From contig JBCCEA010000018.1 in NCBI GenBank assembly GCA_039030515.1, positions 24,033 to 88,032 on the forward strand: a DNA stretch of 64,000 nt, in the 5' to 3' direction. The notes under the pieces are model-generated. The model did not search any database. It saw only the letters and a list, made by a program, of their open reading frames with translations, and had not been told where the DNA came from. Position 1 is the first letter of the stretch; every line of letters starts with the position of its first letter. The stretch is from Myxococcota bacterium. Lineage in GTDB: Bacteria; Myxococcota_A; Polyangia; Polyangiales; Houyiibacteriaceae. Positions 61,681 to 64,000 of this stretch are shown in pieces. The position numbers and the translations under genes are program-made.

Positions 61681-63453
61681 CTAAGTGCCTGAGCGGGATT
61701 CTGTTTGTTTCATCGAGCGCTCGAGCAGACTGGAGCCCGAGCTTCGAATCGAGAAAAGCGGATCGCATTCACCTAGGCATTGAACCAAGACGCGTTCAGA
61801 TGCTCCAGATGAGCCACACAGGACTCTGGAAGCCCAACCGCGATTCGAAACGCCTCGGATGCTCGAGTTCCAGTCGCTGTTCAACGACCGCTTTGTTCCT
61901 GGAATCAGGCTGGGCGTGTTCGCCAGCAGGGGACCATCGATAGCGTCTCGCTTCAGAAGGATTTCGTCTTCCGCTCCGGCCAAAAATGTAACGCGGGCGC
62001 ACCCTTGTACTTGATGCACTTCAGCAACTGGTAAGGAGACGAGTTCGACGTACACCTCGCCTTCTGATTCCAGTTCGTGGAGCGAGATGAACTCCAGAGC
62101 TCGAGTTCGGAGATCGGATTCCAGTTCTGCATGCCAATCACGCTCGGGAATCGGTTCGTATTCGACCCTATAGCTGGCTGGTTCCGAGCCCGCTTCGACC
62201 ATAAATTCAGATCGGGTGGAATCTCCAGCGCATCGATGTCGCGTGTTCGGAGCGGCGAGCACGTTTGTTCGATCGGCTAGCGGTCGCAGAGTCACCGCTG
62301 CCGGAGTCCCATCCACCCCCTCGCCGATCGCACGCAACCGAATGCATCCCTCATCAGGTCGCTTCGATAGCGACAACATTCGCGATTCCCCTGGCTGAAG
62401 TACTCCAAAGCCAAGCTGTCGGCGGCCCACACGCTGTCGAGGTTGAATCGGAGCCATCGAGCGTTGCGGCTCCTCTCGAACGTGTTCCAAGGACGGGAGC
62501 CCCCCCGCTCGCTGACTGTGCCACAGGCTGGCGTGCCCTCCCAGGTCGACCTCGGGCACGTGAAGCATCGTCACGATCAAGCGGCTGGTTCCCCCGCGCG
62601 AGCTCAACTCCAATCTAGAGAAGTCTTCTCGCCCCGCACACAGCTGAACCACCTTGGTGACAGAGTCTCCGCTTCCCGCAAAGAGGGAACGGCTCCGTGA
62701 GTCGACCAGCTTGACCTCGAAGTCGCCCGGCGTGGTGTCCATTCGAGTTGAAACGATGGTGTAGCAGGAACCCACTCGAGTCCGAAGAGGGACGTAGACA
62801 GGCTCCCGTCCGAGCGCAAATCTACGATCGGGAGTCAGTGACCGAAAACCCCGCCGCATCGCTCCAGCGACCACTTCCTGATGCTTCCCCAGGATCGGAT
62901 CGACTCGCGGCCGCTCCAGTTCACCCGGGACACTGAGCAGCGAACCTGTTGCAAGCCTAAAATCTTCAGAAGCCCCAGAAAAAGCGACGACCAAAAACGC
63001 TCCCGCTCCGCGGTATGCGCTGAGGCGATAGTAGCCGTCTAGGTTGGGCCCATCGATACATCCCGCCAAACTGGGATGCGGGTCAGGCTGTTCGTCCTCA
63101 CCCACAAGCACCCCTGAAGGCAGAAAATAAGCGGCATCGATATCCGCAAGTCCACCAGAGGCATAGGCAACAACGATCCAGCATCGAGAAGACTGCAAAG
63201 GTAATGAAAAAGTTCTGGATTCAGGCGCTACCAGGAATCCTTCGAAAGACTGAGATGGAACGAAACCGTGGCCTCTCAGGCGCTCGGCGATTTGAAGCAT
63301 CCGCTTCACCTGAGATCCTTCGGCATCACGCCACGCATGAGCCGATTCAGATGCTACGCGAACTGGAATCGTCTCCGCTGCGCTACAGCTGCCGACAGTG
63401 CTGAGAAGTGAGAGAAGCGTCAGGCATGTTTTTGGTCTGAGGCTTGCGGACAT
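61681..63453 (-). CDS. Hypothetical lipoprotein with about 4 Cys-pair beta-sandwich (PPC-like) repeats
   Basis: Lipobox-like LSTVGSC; repeated L..C[WY]..A..D[IF]D..G..C units; TGATG coupling to the upstream gene. Confidence 0.68.
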   Translation of the reverse strand: MSASLRPKTCLTLLSLLSTVGSCSAAETIPVRVASESAHAWRDAEGSQVKRMLQIAERLRGHGFVPSQSFEGFLVAPESRTFSLPLQSSRCWIVVAYASGGLADIDAAYFLPSGVLVGEDEQPDPHPSLAGCIDGPNLDGYYRLSAYRGAGAFLVVAFSGASEDFRLATGSLLSVPGELERPRVDPILGKHQEVVAGAMRRGFRSLTPDRRFALGREPVYVPLRTRVGSCYTIVSTRMDTTPGDFEVKLVDSRSRSLFAGSGDSVTKVVQLCAGREDFSRLELSSRGGTSRLIVTMLHVPEVDLGGHASLWHSQRAGGLPSLEHVREEPQRSMAPIQPRQRVGRRQLGFGVLQPGESRMLSLSKRPDEGCIRLRAIGEGVDGTPAAVTLRPLADRTNVLAAPNTRHRCAGDSTRSEFMVEAGSEPASYRVEYEPIPERDWHAELESDLRTRALEFISLHELESEGEVYVELVSLPVAEVHQVQGCARVTFLAGAEDEILLKRDAIDGPLLANTPSLIPGTKRSLNSDWNSSIRGVSNRGWASRVLCGSSGASERVLVQCLGECDPLFSIRSSGSSLLERSMKQTESRSGT

Positions 63454-64000
63454 CAGTGCACTTTCGTAGCGCGAGACGGGGTGTCTGCGATTCCTAACCA
63501 AACAGGTCCGCTATTCCGATAACGTCGAACTTCTAACTGAAGATGAGATCGTCCGTCACTGCAGTAAAAGACAACGGGAAATTGGCCTCCGCCCAAATGA
63601 TTGGCCAGCAATCCACCCTCCGAGTTGACCAGCACGAGATCGAGATCTCCGCTGGCTTCACCGCCAAGCATGGCCGCGGCAGAAAAACATCCGCGTTCTT
63701 CGAGCTCCATCGGAAATCGAATGCGTTCGCCAGCCAGTAGGTATGCTTGATAACGTTTGCGAACACCAAGGCCGCGTGCATTCATCAGCGAAACCCATTC
63801 CGACCACTGCCACAGAGCGGCGTCCACCAGCTCGGATGAAATTCCTTGTTGCGGTTGCAGCGTAAATACGCAAACCGCAAGTTGCTCTGCATCAACCTCT
63901 AGATCTCTCTGAAGATAGACCTTTGCAGTAACCTCTCCAGACCGCGTCGCACAGAACTTCAACCGTGGATGTCGCCCTCGGGCTTCTAAGGAGCGAATCG
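63453..64000 (-). CDS. 3' part of a paralogous repeat-domain protein, truncated by the window edge
   Basis: Frame open to the edge; unit AYLLAGE...RGCF...DLDLVLVNSEG...PVVFYC. Confidence 0.65.
   Translation of the reverse strand, partial: IRSLEARGRHPRLKFCATRSGEVTAKVYLQRDLEVDAEQLAVCVFTLQPQQGISSELVDAALWQWSEWVSLMNARGLGVRKRYQAYLLAGERIRFPMELEERGCFSAAAMLGGEASGDLDLVLVNSEGGLLANHLGGGQFPVVFYCSDGRSHLQLEVRRYRNSGPVWLGIADTPSRATKVH

Overview
Gene-dense core chromosomal segment of a myxobacterium (Myxococcota, probably Polyangiales-like; inferred from a MYXO-CTERM-like protein, a Hanks kinase with PEGA domain, many Cys-rich lipoproteins and gene content). GC looks near 60% by eye (not computed). Most genes are on the minus strand. 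Contents: ABC exporter, matrixin protease, YhhQ transporter, TPR protein, PP2C, hisC-(lipoprotein)-aroA-cmk-rpsA, two probable beta-propeller lipoproteins plus mutS, Ser/Thr kinase, bcp-S2P-scpA-scpB-glyQ-glyS-ppdK, SDR-phosphoesterase-Rieske, MATE-map, parAB, a ~20.6 kb co-directional run from a HARE-HTH protein through a hybrid kinase, iscS, mnmA, rlmD, nrdR, rib genes, nusB, mscS, lspA and ileS to folD, then ddl and repeat-domain lipoproteins. No rRNA, tRNA, CRISPR array, transposase or phage gene was recognised. Most interesting: (1) a riboflavin operon lacking both first pyrimidine-branch activities (reductase-only RibD, degenerate RibA domain); (2) an IleRS2 with GVHH/EMHKS motifs of the mupirocin hyper-resistant type; (3) a HARE-HTH plus apparently dead Mrr protein with charge-blocked disordered regions; (4) many 15-30 bp tandem duplications at gene ends, one creating in-frame ATG..TAG mini-ORFs and one rewriting a C-terminus. 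All calls come from motif reading; no searches were run.
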